Part shown: positions 23,535-36,209 of the stretch, piece by piece
Position numbering within the stretch: the stretch's first letter is position 1
Layout: every line of letters starts with the position of its first letter
Assembly: GCA_905178155.1 (NCBI GenBank)
Contig: CAJINV010000001.1
Location: forward strand, 915,643 to 979,642
Direction: 5' to 3'
DNA: 64,000 nucleotides
Source of the DNA: Amoebophrya sp. A120
Lineage: Eukaryota; Protista; Dinoflagellata
Position numbers and translations under genes: made by a program
The notes under the pieces: generated by a model
What the model saw: only the letters and a program-made list of their open reading frames with translations
Told to the model about the DNA's origin: nothing
Databases searched by the model: none

Positions 23535-24685
23535 TAAATATTAAAATACGCAGAAAACTACAACTCAAAGACAAGAACCTCTCGTGACAACCAGAGCCAC
23601 ATCATGTAAGAACGGCGGACTGTTTAGTCGCCACAATTTGGTCACAACGACGTGGCTTCAATAACTGCAAATCGGGGGCGAAACCGACACCGACAGTGGT
23701 AAATAAATGGATGACCGGCTATGTGTAGTTGTTACGTGTGCGAGTGCGTTTTAAAGTTCTAATTGTGTAAATGACAGATCTGAAAAGCTCAGGTTGTATC
23801 GTTTTTCGGATGCACCTATGTTAAGACCAACATCGACACGTCTTTTCTCCTGAACCTTGTCCAGGAGATCTACCTAAACGGAGTTTTGCAGAATCTCCAC
23901 AGATTCCTCCTCATGAAGCACTTTGATTTTTTCTCTCCTCGTCAGACGCGTCGACACGACCATTTTGATTTTTCACTGTCCACGCCCACCGAACTTACTT
24001 GCACCGTCTTTTATTCGGACCACTTTGCCCTTCAACAATGCTGCTTCACTGAGTTCAACAGAGCAGTCACAGCAACAGACGAGACACCAACAGCAGGATT
24101 ACAATAGAGAAAAACCCAGTGAAGCAACCGACAATGGACCGACTACACAAAACCTTTATTTTTGAGCCGTCATCACCGTTTTCCAGCAACCGAGATGAAG
24201 TTACATGTTACCCCAGAACTTCTTCGCCCACATGGCAAGCAACGGCAGAAAAGCAGCTCGCTGGAGGGTCTCGACGTTGAGACCAACTGATCACACTTCA
24301 TCGCAACTGGGCAGTGCGCCCGACCTTTAGATACTTCATATTTCCTTCGAATCGGTTGAAATCCACGAAACAATAGTCTTGTATCACAAGTACGTAGCAC
24401 GACGCACAATCTTCGGAAAAAAAGTCAGGGTTACGCTGGTAGAAATAAGAAGAGAGGGCTAAATCTTTCATGTTTGAAATATCCAAACTTCGAAACAGCG
24501 ACCGACAGCACTAGAGAATAACGACAAGTTGAAACCATCATGCTATTCGTTATCTCATCGTGGTTTCAAACTTTTTTAAACATCCTAAATGAAGCAAGGA
24601 GTTCGCGGAACAAGCTGTTACACGCTCGAAGCCACAGTCCGTGTACATCATTTCAGCTTTTCCGTCCCGACCACACAGTTCGCAC

Positions 24686-25875
24686 CTTACTTCATCAAGT
24701 CGCGGTTGGTGTAGCGCATGGGTCCGTGGTGGATGACGTTGACGTGGTCATGCCCCAGATGTCGTGTGCAAAAACGTCCCCATTTCCACAAATGTACGAG
24801 AATCAGTACCTATGACATGCAGATCTGCAATGCTGAATACGTTTATTGTTTCTCATGCGCAGCTTCATGAGAAGCATGTGGTTTTTAAATCAGGCTGAGC
24901 TGGCCTATTTGTGATACAACAGCAGTAGCCAGGTACGGGCACGTTCCGCGCTAAAACAACTGCTAATCATGCGCAAAAAAAGGAGAACTCGATGATTTCT
25001 TTAGAAGTACAAAATTCTTGCCGCTTTGACTGTGGGGTTGTAGGGACGACGTTTTTTACTCAGGGTACCGGCTGGTAGTTGTTCTCCTCGTCATTCGCGT
25101 CCTCGAGCGCCAAGTCCTCCCCCGGGTACACGTTCGAAAAAATCCTCGGGAAAAACAGCTAGAACATGCACAACGTTCATCTTGCTAACGCTGCATTCCA
25201 TCAATTGTACGGTAGTGGTACTCCTACTAGAAGTACATATCCGCATTACAAAGAGGACAACGCGCAACCTCACTCCGAGTTGTGCGCAAAGAAATTCTCT
25301 CTGCGCAAACCGAGCACCAGGCTGGTTTAGGGCGCCTCATGCGTGATAAAAATCATTTAGACGACAGTCGTCTGAGAGATGTTTTTAGATCACGAATTCT
25401 TTCTCTTCATGGTTTTTTAGATTTGCAAGTATGGAAAAAATTCAACATTGGAGAGTACTACTCTTTTTCCCTGCAATAAAGTCCACGGGGTCCATGTCCG
25501 CGTTCTCGACGGCGTCCAGGTCCATCTCACCGGTGCTCTCGTCGATCATACTGGCGTATGGAAAACCTAAATTTCCTTCCTCGAGTCGGAACGTAGAGGA
25601 ACCAGGCGAAACCAATTTAGGGCTACGAGTGTAGTAAGTAGTAAAAGATCCAACATGACCCGCAATGCAAGCTCAGTAAGAGTACGACGATCTCACAACA
25701 TCTTTTTGACAAGCAAAAGCCCCCCAAAATGGTACACTTTCTGGTACGCAACGATCATCCGTGACAGGCGAGGAGAGAATTTATTCCATACTCCTTGCTG
25801 GGCCTCCTCCTCAACCGTGATGCCGTCCGGGTCCTCGCGGTCGCGTATGGACAAAAAAAACGCTGGCTTCGCCAT
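24686..25875 (-). CDS. Hypothetical protein, short exons, limits uncertain
   Basis: MAKPAFFLSIRDRED... exon; removing 24760-25067 plus 5 nt joins DEENNYQ-x-GHDHVNVIHHGPMRY in frame. Confidence 0.4.
24760..25067. mobile_element. Introner family D, degenerate
   Basis: TGT...GTA; tgtgcaaaaacgtcccc / ggggttgtagggacgacgtttttt; flanks match 3/5. Confidence 0.6.
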
Positions 25876-28800
25876 ATTTCTTGTATGTCACTAGGTTTCA
25901 AACTTGGTAGACACGGAAAAAAGCAAAATACCTACATTCACGGAGATGAACAAAAAAGAAGTACTTATACTGATGCTGCCCCTCACGCAGAGAGACAATA
26001 CTAGACAATACTAATGTACGTATTGTCTTTTCGGTATGTTTTTTCTGTGTGCACTAAGTCCAAATACGTTGTACCAGACACCATCATGACAAATCAGCTT
26101 GGCCAGCGTGTTTTTGTCTGATACAATGCAACGAAAAAGCTGCGTCTCGGTTGGACTGGTTGATCTAAACACTCAACATGCAAGACACAAATGAACTCTC
26201 GTCTGAAAACCCGCACGTAGTAATTCATCACGATTAATCACTCCATCATCGCGATCAATTTTACCTTTTCCTCAGCAAGGGGATTGCTTTTATCGCAACG
26301 CTTGCTCTTGTACTTACAGTGGCACACTCTCGGAAATCCCATTCCTGATGACGCGCTGAAGTATTTCCATACGCGTCCGCGTTCTCGTAGTCCGGTTCGT
26401 ACTTCGCCCAGGTATGCATGTGAAATCGTTCTCTCGTTTGTGCTTCGCGGCAAGCGACTACTTCTGGAAATCGCATCAAAAATGTCATTCTAAACGTAGA
26501 TCATTTTTTGCTGCATCAAAAATTATGCCCGTGACTGCAAAGAAGAATCTCGTCCACGAGATTGGATAGCTGTTGCAGAGGATGAAAAAACCACAATTTC
26601 GTGTCTGCATGTTCGAGAAGCAGTATGACAAAAACAATTCGGCACATACTTCTGCACCCGGGTTTTCAGCTGCAGCGCTGTTTTGATTTTTGTGTTAGAA
26701 TCCAAAAAATTTTATTTCATCCATGTGCGCTCCGCTTCATCCGAAAGTACTAGGGAAGTTCTGACCGTGCTAGGCCTCGGCCGTAGCGCATATTCGAGAA
26801 ATTGAGACTGACCCTCGTCAAGCGAAGACATGCATCAGAGTCGCGGCTCAGTGTTCGCCCGATACTAGTGCCCTCTTCGTCACAGGTTCTTCTTCCACAA
26901 TCTAAAAAATTTTGACGTCACTGGCCTGTGTTCTTTTCCTTTGCGGTCTGTTCCTTGGCATGTGCGTCTTCCTCTTCCACGAAATATACTGTTTTCTTTT
27001 CAATCTGCTTTATCTTTAAATTTCTTTATCTGGGAGGCTTTAATTCGGTCCTTCTTTCAGCAGCTTCGCACTATGAACAACTGGTGCGCATCCGCGAATT
27101 AAATAAAGCTGATAAGATAGAATTGCTATACGTACCTTCCACTCCGAGCAGCGACACGGACAGCACCGCCAAGCACAACGACAACAAAGACGAACGCATT
27201 TTTATTTTTCTTATGCCTTCAGAGGCGAAACAACAAATGTCACCTGTGAGGAGGACCTAACTGAACGCCTTCGGCTTAATCTTGGACCAGGTGTGACACA
27301 TGCAATTTTTTACGATGAAAATATCTGTTCAAACGGACATAGACAAGGAAGAGGAACCAATACAAGAAAAAACTGGACTGCATTCATCCATGACCATCGG
27401 GAGCATAAACTTCATCTTGGCTGTCGTCAGGCTAAACAAGCAACCATACAACGAAAAACGAACACCCCGGAACGACCCAAGAGAACATCACAGAGCAGCG
27501 GGAAGACCCCTTTCTCGTCGCTTGGAAATTTCCATAAAAAAACATGTATGAAACTGTGATTCAAAAAATTATCATCTCCGCATTTGCGCGAGCTTCTGCT
27601 TCAGTGGCGATAATTTCAATCACGGTTATCTTCAATACCTTTCTTTGATTTGCTAAAAGGCTGCGACAACTTTTATACGCGGTCGTGTGTCTTTCTACGA
27701 AAATGTAAATTCCAAATCAATCAACATATCTAAAAAAACGAAACTGTAACAACGTAAGTATAATATGGCCTTCTCCAATGTTTTCATATCTTGCTGGTAA
27801 TTTGTGCTGGTTCATTCGCGAGGAAGCTCCCCGCAGATATGTGCCGACGCGGGTGTGCGACTGCAGAGTAAAATTTATGCCAGTTTCACCACGTTGCTGC
27901 AAGTGATTGACCCTTTACTTTTACTTTTAGCATTTTGGTGGAGGACAAATACATGTGTCCCACACCCTCCCCTCCATTTCGTACCCTGGACATGTGTGAA
28001 ATAATGCTTGCATGAGGATGGAAAAACAAGGCGCGCACTTCCGCGCTGGTCGAACGGTCTTCGGTCTTGGATCGGGAGTCGCGCACCCAAGGTGGCGGGA
28101 AATTGATCAAGGCCATACACTATGCTTAGGCTACCTCACAAACAGTTTCGGCTGAAGAAAGTTCGAGTTGTACTACAAAGCCTCAGATTACCATTAGTTG
28201 CGGTCGCCCACCTCTACAAATGTCTGCGGCCGTATCTGGTGCGACACTCAACACTACGACTGCTAATGCCTGCGATAGAAAATACTTCTTCCGACATGCT
28301 CTCCGAATTTTCGACAAGTATCTTCGTTACAGATCGGAAGGTGCATAGGTCGCATATCTGGTGGCACGCCGAAGAGCCTGCACCCCTACTGCATCATGAT
28401 CATAAAACCGGTAAAAAATGAGGACCGTACACGACACTTGAAAAAGGCGGACGGACCACATCCGGAGCTATCGAAAGGGATTTCTCTTGCGTTTGCGGCG
28501 ATTGCCGCTACATGATTGGAGCTGTAGCTGCAACATATGAAAATCACCACACACAAATCGAGCCCCATCAGCAGCATCGACGACGACGACGGAGGCGCGT
28601 CGGACAGAAAAACTCTGTGGTCGCTCATACAAACTTCCTCGACCCCTACGTGGTACAGTGTCCTTTGCAATATGCATTCATGAATGCCTAAGAGAGCACT
28701 AGCACGACTTCTGTACTTGTTGTATGAGCATCTTAGACAAAGCACTGCTACAGTTGCGCCATTTAAGTACTTACGACCCTGACGATGACACATGATACCA

Positions 28801-28921
28801 AATTCCATTTGGGGATCACACTATCTGCAACTCCATTACATTTGACCGATCCAACACAGAGTAACACCGAGCATAGATACGACTGTGGGGATAGTCGGTA
28901 ATTACCGGATTTTTACCGCTT

Positions 28922-29605
28922 CTAGTCAAACTGCGAGAAGGCGTCCAACTGAAAGCGGACTTCATTGTCGGTGCACCGGGTCGTGACTCCGGTCATATCC
29001 ATCGGTGCGTCGCTGGGCAAGATTCGCAGATTCCTGAAATAGGCTCCGTCATCCCGTGGGGTGATAATCACCTCGTATTTCCCCGTTTCTAGTTCCTTGC
29101 GGAAGGGGTACGCCGTGTCGGATTCGCCCAACGCTTTGCTCATGTCGGTGACGTCGCACCCGACGCTCGGCGAACGGGGGGGAGTGAACCCTCCAGTTGC
29201 CTGGGCACGATAACACACGGAATCTTCGTCCTCAGTGCTGAGTGCGTCACACTCGTTTGCCCCCACACATGCCGTTTGACCATTCTCAATCCGTTTGATG
29301 TGCATGAAGAAGGAGTTGTCCCAATAGTCTGGTTCTTCCGCGGACCTTCGTCTACTAACGTACTTGCTCGAAAAATCCTGGATCTGACCGCCGTTGATCG
29401 GTCCTTGTCTGCCAAACATCTCGATCTGAACGGCCAGACTGCACGTCTTGCGTACGGCAAGCACAAACCGCACGCGGTCCTTCATGGTCGGGGTCTGGGA
29501 CTTGAGATACATTGTGTTGTATCCATACCGGCGTCGCCTCCCTCCGTTTACGCATCCGACATACGTTTCACCATCACTCCCTACATACTCCGCGAAACAG
29601 CCCAT
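28922..29605 (-). CDS. Hypothetical Cys-containing protein, possible carbohydrate-binding beta-sandwich
   Basis: 227-aa ORF; DNSFFMHI...LETGKYEVIITPRDDGAYFRNLRI resembles galactose-binding-like modules (weak). Confidence 0.5.
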   Translation of the reverse strand: MGCFAEYVGSDGETYVGCVNGGRRRRYGYNTMYLKSQTPTMKDRVRFVLAVRKTCSLAVQIEMFGRQGPINGGQIQDFSSKYVSRRRSAEEPDYWDNSFFMHIKRIENGQTACVGANECDALSTEDEDSVCYRAQATGGFTPPRSPSVGCDVTDMSKALGESDTAYPFRKELETGKYEVIITPRDDGAYFRNLRILPSDAPMDMTGVTTRCTDNEVRFQLDAFSQFD

Positions 29606-32600
29606 CCCGAGCCGTGTCCTCGTGTCTTCTTTGTAGGAAGCATCATAGGAGTCATCTGCTACCTGGTTTCGATACGTCGAGCCGTCTTCGATACCAATAG
29701 TGTTCCCGCCAAGGGTGGTTTGCGTACCGGTTCAATATGGAGCTAGTGTGTGAAAATCATGCGTCGTTGCATTGGGCGGATTTCCTCTTCATGGAAAATA
29801 ATTCCTGGTAAATAGTTATTGCTGCCGTCTTCCTTGTTTCTTTAAATTCGTTTTGCCCATCTATTCCAGCCCGGCACCCAGAGCGCAAGAGACACCAAAG
29901 ACGGCCGTAAAAGCTTATCACCCCTCGGCATCATGCGCACAAAGGGCGTTGGCACTTATGTACTCTGGTCGTTGGTTTCAAAATTCGGCAGCTTGAGCTT
30001 CACCTCGAAGCCCTCAAAGATAAATCTCCAAGTCATTCGCGCGTAGAGCGCCGGGCGAGTTCTTTTGCCGCTACAATTGGCCTATCCGCCACGTCGCAAG
30101 CAGCAAACTTCTTCGCTCCCTCAAACCAAATACGCTTGGCCAACTCCCGCTTTCGAGGTTGAACAACAACAAACAACAAAGGGGCCCAAGAAAGGAAAAA
30201 GATCAACAAACCAGAGCCCTTCTCTTTAACATAAGTATCGCATCGCGATAGGCCAGCCGACTGACAAGACGCGCAGAAACATCTGCAGCCCGGCATTGGT
30301 TTTTCTTTTTTGGCGAGACACTGTCGGCGGCGTCAATTAGAAAACTAACTCGCAAAACGGCCGCCATTTAGAGTTATTTATATTTTGCGGAATGACCCAA
30401 AAGGGCCGCCCGCAATGGAACATGGACGTTTTTGGCCATTCCGCAGAATGAAATTGACGCGCGAGCCTTCTTGCGACCTTCCAAATGGGCCCCACTTGCG
30501 AAATCTGACGCACATGCCCCGAGGCAGATCCTGGCGCCCCGGGTCGTTTGCTCGACCCCAAGGCTACGCCCTCGGCAGTTTATCCTGAGCCGAGACACCC
30601 CCGAGATGCCTTCACAGCTAGAGCCAGCGCAACCCATCTCGCGGCGCCAATAGTTGGCGAAGCCGAACTAAATGGCACATGTAAGGCAAACGCGGGGGAC
30701 TATTCAACTTCGTGCTCTTATCATGGCCAGCGTGAAACAAACGCTAGCGAGCTTCTCCTTCTGTGGGCAGCTAGGAACGACTTGCGTTCCCTCCCGCTCC
30801 CTTGCTTAGGCCATACAAAAAACGCGCAGCGAGTGCCTGCTCGCGCAAACAGTTCTGCAACCTTTGCAGCCCTTCATCGTGCTATATTTTTTGGCTGCGT
30901 GTTTTATCCCGCAAATGGGGCGAACCCGAAGACGGAGCGGTTGTAAGCCTATAAAATAGATATTGGCGATCTTCCAATAGCTTCCCCATTTACAACTACG
31001 CATGGCTGGGTATATCGTGGGCTCCTACGCTTTCCCACATGCCTCCAAGAGGTGCGTTGTCGGGTGGCGTCGCCTTGCCTTCTGCGGCAGAAATGGTTGC
31101 GGTGTGTGCAGATGCGAACTAACCAGCGACGAGGTAGAACCCACGACGAGAATACAAAGCACCTAGGGGAGGCGGTTCAGGAATGCAAAGACGGAGTAAT
31201 TATGTGTGTGGTATGCCTTGGCGGGCATCAAGGGCCCTGGAGAGGGCTCATTCAGTTGTAAGCATCGACGTGAGTGCGGTCAACGGCACATGTGGGGCAT
31301 CCGAAATCGCCACGGTATTACTGATCTCCGTCATCATCTTCTATCTTGTTCAAAACAACTAGCTTGCATTGCGGCACAAGGGTGCCCGAGTAAGCGCGTC
31401 TGTGACTCTTTGGAGTGGATCATGGTGCTCATCGTTGGTTGAGGATGGATTTATGTGTCATACGGCGTAAACAATGCCACCGGCCCAGTCCGCGTCACTG
31501 AGGTCCTCTGGGGGAAGCTTGCTTAAAACAGCGGGAACCTTTGCCAGTGCCAACCCAACCAGTGACTGTGGAGATTCCATCACTGACATTGTACCGCTCT
31601 TGCGGACCTCCTTCGCCTTCGTTAAGGTCAACGCCCTTGCCTTGCGCTGCAGCACGACCAACAATAGAGGCGAAACAGTCGTGGAATTGCGTTTGAGAAT
31701 GGTATTGAGCCACACACGGACAACCACCTGACAGCTGTAGACGCGCTGCTCACGAACATGACCATGACATGGTGGTGCGTTGCCTGCCGAGCACACACAA
31801 GAGCCGCACGACAGCTTCACTCTTCACCCGAGAGACCATCGTACTGTGACTGAGGGAAGTGGAAGTGGTGGATGGAAAACTGCACATAAGCGTTTCATCC
31901 AAGGGCTGAAACTACATCTGGACGAGTTGAGCTCAAGGACAAAAGTGGTCATACACCACGTGGCTCTTACAAAGCACAGATCCATGATGGACCTCACAAC
32001 GTCCGACATAAGTTGGTGTATCATTCTAGTACATGCAACAGGACTACAGGTAGAGTATGCAACATCGTTTGATTTCTTCAATATCAAGATCTTATTAAAA
32101 TTCTGAATGCCATTCTATCTCGACGGCCACGCTTCTTGCATCCTTAACTGTATCATGTTCGAAGCCTTGTCCACTCCAGCCTCCGAGTGAAAAGTAGCTC
32201 ATCCCCACACGACCCGACAAAGGAAACGAAACGCCATAGATGGGTCCTCGCCGCCGACGCCGAAGACGGCGAAACACACATAGTGTAGTCAACACACCTA
32301 CAGGACTCTGCTGTAAAAAAATGGGTACTTTGTACGCAATTGTGCATGGTCATTTTGTACGCAATTATCGCAAATTCTTCCACCCTGCGTGGTTCAGATC
32401 GCATTGCGATCATCGCAAGCAATACATAGGAAGAATTTCTATTGGGGCCTTGGAGAATTTCTATTGGATTTTTTTTTCTAGACATTTTTCATGGTGACGC
32501 AGAAAAAAATATCCCCCCATGCAATTAAATGGGCGAAGATTAAGGTACATCTCTAGGACAAAGATACCAGCTGCAATGGAGGGCACATGCTTACATCCAT

Positions 32601-32669
32601 CTCGTTCTACCCTATTCGGATTTGCAGACGTTGGTGATGGAGGGTCTGTATGCATCCGCCGCTCCGCAC

Positions 32670-32777
32670 ACACCTGAGTGCGGCTTTGGTGTAGTGAGAA
32701 GTCCCCCATTCACTAAGGAAGTAGACACCTGAGTGCGGCTTTGGTGTAGTGAGGAGTCCCCCATTCACTAAGGAAGT
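32670..32777. repeat. Tandem duplication, about 2 x 55 bp
   Basis: acacctgagtgcggctttggtgtagtgag(a/g)agtcccccattcactaaggaagt occurs twice. Confidence 0.9.
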
Positions 32778-33945
32778 GCCAAAGGATAAGGAAGTAGACA
32801 ACGGCGGACATCGATACACACAGGTGGAGACGCACCACTACGCTACGTCGTGGACGCGTCGAGGTGTCATTGATTTTGGTGCCGCTGGGCGGAATATTCA
32901 TTAGCGCTCGCGCAGTGGCAGTACGTCTACAAAATATAACGTATGGTGGCTACGCATGAACGACAACAGTCAGTGGACGCACGCGGCTGCAATGCCACCA
33001 CGCATAAACTGGCACCAAGCAGGAGAGATCCTCCTACTACGTACTCACTTTCCACAGCGGATGTTCGCTGTTAAGAAAACGACCCTAGTGGACAACATGC
33101 TTTGTCGCGATAAAGTGCTCACGCAGCCAGTATTCATTGACATTGCCTCTTGCGCTGTCCTGCAACTAAGCCAGTGTGGTACTCTAATATGACACATGAT
33201 CACAAAATCCCCTGATGCCCTTCTTACGTAGAAATAGATGCAAAAGTCGTTGAACAGATACAACTGTTTGATGCAGAGAATGAGCTTTTTGCTTCTGATA
33301 CGCAGCCCGCAGTGCCTCCTTCTGTCCCAGCACTGGCGTTACGGCGGATAGGTGCGCCACCGCCAGGGGAATAAATCTATCACATTGCAAGCGTGCCGCT
33401 TTCCTGTCGATGTCGTGCCGGGCGGACACTATGAGTGCGCACACTGACTTCTACCTCTTCGCTGGCAATTAAGGAGTAAGATTCGTTCTGCAAGAATCTT
33501 TCCGCACCCGCGCGCCCCAAGATGAAGTCGCTTTGTTTTCTCTTTTGGCAGCAAAAGTTTGTCAATTCATCAGAGCAGACCCGAAGACCACGCTTAGTCG
33601 CGTGACAAGGAAACGTAGGAGATAGAGGTTCTTAGACTGCTACTAGCGCAAGAGCTTTTTGTACTGCTACTAGCGCAATCGCACGAAAGGAGCCACAACA
33701 CATGCATTTCACTACATTCGTTGCATGTCAAACTTTGATTGTAAGTGCGTCTTATTTTGTACGGGGAAAGAGACCACCTTTTTCAACGTGATAGAGCGCA
33801 ACCCGCATGATCGAAGTTGCGGCGAGGCTAGAGTAGCACAGCAGAGAGTTGGTAGTGGATAGTTCTTCTCGTGGCTTCCGAGCGGTCGGCTGCTGACAGA
33901 CTGGGTGGCCGGTCTCGTTTGCGAATCGGGAAAAACCAAGTTCGA

Positions 33946-34152
33946 TATCCTGAGAAAAAACGTCCCTGCCCCAGAGTTCTTGCCATACCAATCTACATGC
34001 TTAAAGTGTCTCTCATGAGAAGCAAATCCCCATGAAAAGCAATTTCTCGGCGTATCTTGAAATTTGTGATGGTGCTCGAATCGAGATCTAATTGATTTGT
34101 TTAGCAGATTTCGCATCTTGACTCTGGGATGGGGACGTTTTTGCTCATGATA
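33946..34152. mobile_element. Introner family D-like (207 bp); host gene unclear
   Basis: Flanks TTCGA/TACGA; TIR tatc.tgag.aaaaacgtccc..cccagagt. Confidence 0.8.
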
Positions 34153-36209
34153 TACGACACTATTACGGTACGCCCGCGTGCTCGCAGGTAGGCTAGCGCT
34201 GCAACCTCCGCCAAGCGTCAAGGGCAAAGGCGAGCACAGTCAAAAAAGAAAAAATGAATTGCACAACAAACCTCTCGCAGCACTCATGCTCCTTTATTTC
34301 GTAGAATGATCTACACTACTACAGCGACGACATATTCACATTTTCGGCAATTCTCACAATTGCGACAGCGATTTTGCAGTCGAGTGCTTGTCAGGATCAC
34401 AAAGAACAACAAACGGCTCTCACTCTCTTTTGGCTCGTCGGGTGTCACTGACTGGTCGTGGAACTGCACGGAGACGCAATCCAAAGCAAATAAAATACTT
34501 AGACTTACGTGATAAAGTGTTGAAAACAGAAAGGGTGGCCCGAGACGGGGCCAATACTTATTCAACGTGAAAAACTTACTCAAATTGGCTCAATGTTCAG
34601 ATTTTTCACGACCCTTGTTCACTCACAAACTACCGCGGCATGCACCTGACGACGGGAACGGGCTCGCTTTTCACATTGATCGCTATCACAGCATCTTGTT
34701 CGCTGTCTCTTTGTTGGAAGAAAGAATCACTGATGCAATCGCTATGAACATCAACATTCATACACGGTGTATGGACCTTTATTGAATCAGTAGCTTTATG
34801 CGACATTGAGATAGGGCGCACAAACCGTGGGGGGGCAGTGCAAGACACAGAGTTCCACATTTTTGCTTCAGGCTCACTTCCACAAAACCGCCGGTCCAGC
34901 ATGCATCACATGAAAGCATTTCCAGAGATTGACTCAGGAGAGAAAGCAAACTCTTTTCGAAGCGCATCAACATCATTTTCATCACGCCCAAAAATCCGCC
35001 TCGTACGAGAATCGGTGGGTAAAGGCGCGAAGGCGGATGTCAAGTTTTGGAAAGACCGACGGCCGTCCCGCCCAGCCCAGGCAGCAACTAGAACTACTTA
35101 AACGTCCCGGGAAAAAACGAAACGATCGCCGTCTCTGGTTTCCGGTCGTACAGTCGGGAGATCAGTTTGGCGGAGTTGTTCTTTGCTCGACTCAAAGAGA
35201 TGCCCGCTCCGTTGCAGCATCGACGACGCGCCGCCAGCACCACGACCGCGAAAGTAGTTGATACCAGGCCGTGCACCGTGATTTTTTTCTACCGCCGAGG
35301 CGGATAAGGATCTTTCACCCGCCCCAAAGAACAACATCTCGTCAGCCACTGGAGATTTCGTGGCGTCGTGTACGTCCGCGTCGCGTCCCGCCAGTCGTAC
35401 GGACCGCTGCAGTCGCGGGGACAGGGAGCGGTCTGGCTGGTGGTCGTCCGAGAACGAGCCCATCGGATCGCTGGCCACACCAATGCTCGGACTCGTCCCG
35501 CTAGTTCGGCTTTTACCGGCGTGGGGTCGCTGTGCCAGGAGATCCGCGCCTCGGTCGAGTCCACTGTCCCCCCGGTCGGAGTCCATTTTTTCGGGGTGGT
35601 CCGATACCCAACCACCGGCGCTATCATATTGGAAACCGCCCTCAGCCCATAAAAAAAAATGTGGGGGGGGTAAATGCAAAAGCTCCAAGTCATGTTGGAA
35701 CCAGTTGCTACCTTGCATGCATCAGGGTGGCAAACTTTCAAGCCAGAGTAGCGATGAAAGTCTGTACTTCAATATCAAGAATGCGCCGCGACATTATATA
35801 TAAGTGACGTCTGTCTACTTCAAGTTGAACTTGCATTTTTGGCTTTTTAGATGCTGAATCCAAATAAGTACGTCGGTTTGGCTTTCTTGTTCGTTTCCTC
35901 ACGCAAAAGTCTCCACGAGAGAAGTTTGCAACACAAACTGGTATAGTCTTTTAGTGGTGGGGCACTTTTCATTTTGGTAGTCGCTATGCTGGATTTCGAA
36001 CGAGGAGCCGTCTGTTTCCGCGGGAAAGGCTATGAGAGTCAACAACTCCCCCTGCCCCTCGCCCTCATGGCAACCACAGCAATACAACAAGCTCCGGGAA
36101 ATGCAAAAATAAAAATCGTATGCAGCTTTCGCACGACAAAGCACCGCCCGATTCCAGCGCTGGTTCGGTTTCCAGTACTTGATGACACGCAAGCAGTGCC
36201 AAGAGACAA

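Noticed and set aside
34584-34593. ttggctcaa, similar to the end of the dinoflagellate spliced leader
   Set aside because: Only 9 nt, expected by chance, and not upstream of a recognised gene.
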